Source: Proteromonas lacertae (Eukaryota). From it: 64,000 bases of DNA. The translations under genes were made by a program, and so were the position numbers. The stretch is from positions 1-64,000 of the forward strand of contig NGBS01000293.1 in NCBI GenBank assembly GCA_002245135.1, in the 5' to 3' direction. Every line of letters starts with the position of its first letter. Position 1 is the first letter of the stretch. Below, in pieces: positions 60,601 through 64,000 of this stretch. The notes beneath the pieces are model-generated. The model ran no database searches, was not told where the DNA came from, and saw only the letters and a program-made list of their open reading frames with translations.

Positions 60601-63600
60601 GATTGAAGCTCGATATCATGGTGGAGCCAGATGGTTTAAAGGCGAGATAAGTCGAGATAATCGAGATGGAACATATGATATTCGATATGATGATGGAGAT
60701 CGAGAGAGTTATGTAAAATCAGATTGTATAAGAAAAATAGGTGGATTAGAAGAAAAACCAACAAGTTCTTCATTGTTTAAAGAAGGTGATAAAATCGAAG
60801 CCAGATATCATGGTGGTGCTAGATGGTTTAAAGGCGAGATAAGTCGCCAAAATTTAGATGGAACATTCAACATAAGATATGATGATGGTGATGAAGAACG
60901 TGGAATAACAAAAGACTTAATTCGAAAAGTGGGTGGTAGTAACACAACAGCTAGTACATCATCCTCTTCATCCTCTTCATTTAGAGAAGGTGATAAGATT
61001 GAAGCTCGATATCATGGTGGAGCCAGATGGTTTAAAGGCGAGATAAGTCGAGATAATCGAGATGGAACATATGATATTCGATATGATGATGGAGATCGAG
61101 AGAGTTATGTAAAATCAGATTGTATAAGAAAGATTGGAGGTGGTGATAGTAATGAATCATCTACTTCGTCATTCCGAGAAGGAGATAAGATCGAAGCCAG
61201 ATATCATGGTGGTGCTAGATGGTTTAAAGGCGAGATAAGTCGCCAAAATTTAGATGGAACATTCAACATAAGATATGATGATGGTGATGAAGAACGTGGA
61301 ATAACAAAAGACTTAATTCGAAAAGTGGGTGGTAGTAACACAACAGCTAGTACATCATCCTCTTCATCCTCTTCATTTAGAGAAGGTGATAAGATTGAAG
61401 CTCGATATCATGGTGGAGCCAGATGGTTTAAAGGCGAGATAAGTCGAGATAATCGAGATGGAACATATGATATTCGATATGATGATGGAGATCGAGAGAG
61501 TTATGTAAAATCAGATTGTATAAGAAAAATAGGTGGATTAGAAGAAAAACCAACAAGTTCTTCATTGTTTAAAGAAGGTGATAAGATTGAAGCTCGATAT
61601 CATGGTGGAGCCAGATGGTTTAAAGGCGAGATAAGTCGAGATAATCGAGATGGAACATATGATATTCGATATGATGATGGAGATCGAGAGAGTTATGTAA
61701 AATCAGATTGTATAAGAAAAATAGGTGGATTAGAAGAAAAACCAACAAGTTCTTCATTGTTTAAAGAAGGTGATAAGATTGAAGCTCGATATCATGGTGG
61801 AGCCAGATGGTTTAAAGGCGAGATAAGTCGAGATAATCGAGATGGAACATATGATATTCGATATGATGATGGAGATCGAGAGAGTTATGTAAAATCAGAT
61901 TGTATAAGAAAAATAGGTGGATTAGAAGAAAAACCAACAAGTTCTTCATTGTTTAAAGAAGGTGATAAGATTGAAGCTCGATATCATGGTGGAGCCAGAT
62001 GGTTTAAAGGCGAGATAAGTCGAGATAATCGAGATGGAACATATGATATTCGATATGATGATGGAGATCGAGAGAGTGGTGTTCAATCCAACTTTATTAA
62101 ATTAATTCAATCTTCTGCTAATAATATAATTCCGTCTTCATCTTTTAAAGAAGGAGATAAGATTGAAGCTCGATATCATGGTGGAGCCAGATGGTTTAAA
62201 GGCGAGATAAGTCGAGATAATCGAGATGGAACATATGATATTCGATATGATGATGGAGATAGAGAAAGTTATGTAAAAGCAGAGAATATTCGAAAAATTG
62301 GAGAAAACAGTAATACCACGACTTTCAAAGTGGGTGATAAAATCGAAGCTCGATATCATGGTGGAGCGAGATGGTTTAAAGGAGAGATAAGTCGAGATAA
62401 TTATGATGGAACTTATGATGTAAGATATGATGATGGTGATAGAGAAACAGCAGTAAAATATGATTGTATAAGAAAGATCGGAGGTGGATTAGATGAAAAA
62501 CCAACAACAACCTCTTCATCATTTAAAGAAGGAGATAAAATAGAAGCCAGATATCATGGTGGAGCCAGATGGTTTAAAGGCGAGATAAGTCGAGATAATC
62601 GAGATGGAACATATGATGTTAGATATGATGATGGAGATCGAGAGAGTTATGTAAAATCAGATTGTATAAGAAAAATAGGTGGATTAGAAGAAAAACCAAC
62701 AAGTTCTTCATTGTTTAAAGAAGGTGATAAGATTGAAGCTCGATATCATGGTGGAGCCAGATGGTTTAAAGGCGAGATAAGTCGAGATAATCGAGATGGA
62801 ACATATGATATTCGATATGATGATGGAGATCGAGAGAGTGGTGTTCAATCCAACTTTATTAAATTAATTCAATCTTCTGCTAATAATATAATTCCGTCTT
62901 CATCTTTTAAAGAAGGAGATAAGATCGAAGCCAGATATCATGGTGGAGCCAGATGGTTTAAAGGCGAGATAAGTCGAGATAATCGAGATGGAACATATGA
63001 TATTCGATATGATGATGGAGATAGAGAAAGTTATGTAAAAGCAGAGAATATTCGAAAAATTGGAGAAAACAGTAATACCACGACTTTCAAAGTGGGTGAT
63101 AAAATCGAAGCTCGATATCATGGTGGAGCCAGATGGTTTAAAGGAGAGATAAGTCGAGATAATTATGATGGAACTTATGATATTCGATATGATGATGGAG
63201 ATAGAGAAAGTTATGTAAAATCAGATTATATTCGAAAGATTGGAGGTGGATTAGATGAAAAATCTACATTATCATTGTCATCTACATCATTCAGAGAAGG
63301 TGATAAAGTTGAAGCGAGGTATAGAGGTGGTGCTAGATATTTCAAAGGAGAGATTACTAGAAAAAATTATGACGGAACTTACGATATTCGTTATGATGAT
63401 GGAGATAGAGAAAATAGTGTTAAACCTGAAAATATCAGAAAATTAGAAGGTATGACTGGTGTTGCTTCATTTAGAGAAGGAGATAAAATAGAAGCCAGAT
63501 ATCATGGTGGAGCAAGATGGTTTAAAGGAGAAATAAGTCGAGATAATCGAGATGGAACATATGATATTCGATATGATGATGGAGATAGAGAAAGTTATGT

Positions 63601-64000
63601 AAAATCTGAATGTATAAGAAGAATACAACAAAATGCAACTGTTGATAATTTCTCAGGTAATAATTACTCAACAACATTCCGTGAAGGAGATAAAATAGAA
63701 GCTCGATATCATGGTGGTGCTAAATGGTTTAAAGGAGAGATAACTAGAGATAATCGTGATGGAACTTATGATATTCGATATGATGATGGAGATAAAGAAA
63801 ACTATGTAAAAGCTGATTATATTAGAAAGGTTAGAAGTGTATCATTCATGATAGGACCTAAAGGTGCATTTTCAGAAGGACAAGAAGTCTTAGTGACATT
63901 AGGATCTAGAGAAACTACTGCAACAATAAAGAATGTAAATGGAGATGGAACATATGATATAAAGTTCTATGATGGAGAAGTGAAAAGATATGTAGATGAA
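57678..64000 (+). CDS. Giant tandem Tudor/Agenet-like (SH3-fold) repeat protein, 3'-partial
   Basis: ATG 57678 and one short intron, then repeats of FKEGDKIEARYHGGARWFKGEISRDNRDGTYDIRYDDGDRESYVKSDCIRK. One frame stays open from about 58490 to the window end. Garbled frameshifts at 58215-58490. Confidence 0.82.
57890..64000 (+). repeat. Coding tandem array of about 32 units, modal period 192 nt (64 aa)
   Basis: The GDKIEA codons recur at 59252, 59444, 59636, 59828 and onward. Linker variants recur. 762-nt higher-order repeat (62156 vs 62918). Confidence 0.95.

Noticed and set aside
57890..64000. Repeat array as a CRISPR array or non-coding satellite
   Set aside because: Intact units are multiples of three with an open protein-coding frame. 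There are no unique spacers and no cas genes, and the context is eukaryotic.
1..64000. Stop codons completed by polyadenylation (known in some Blastocystis) or a reassigned genetic code
   Set aside because: Every gene whose 3' end I traced has a genomic TAA, TAG or TGA at the expected place (e.g. SRP54, MIF, XPO7), and conserved exons are open in the standard code.

Overview
Very AT-rich, gene-dense eukaryotic (protist) DNA. It uses the standard genetic code, has many tiny GT-AG introns (mostly about 25-40 nt, donor usually GTAT) and intergenic spacers often under 100 bp. This organisation and the gene families are consistent with a gut stramenopile of the Blastocystis/Proteromonas group (inference, not verified). 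About 30 genes can be reconstructed by eye: WDR24, a potato-inhibitor-I protease inhibitor, a USP, a Kv-beta aldo-keto reductase, a Sfi1-repeat protein, two BTB proteins, TRAPPC11, SRP54, MPP6, RP2, WBP2, MIF, exportin-7, several LRR and pseudokinase-LRR proteins, and a giant array of about 32 Tudor-like repeats running off the right end. The most striking element is a cluster (38.1-50.6 kb) of four intact, intronless type-I membrane protein genes plus one truncated copy. They are patchworks of nucleotide-identical and highly diverged segments, with one Cys-bounded hypervariable loop and swapped transmembrane tails. This looks like a surface-antigen family diversified by segmental gene conversion. 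Several single-base frameshifts, mostly at homopolymers, look like assembly errors. All homology calls come from motif recognition, not database searches.
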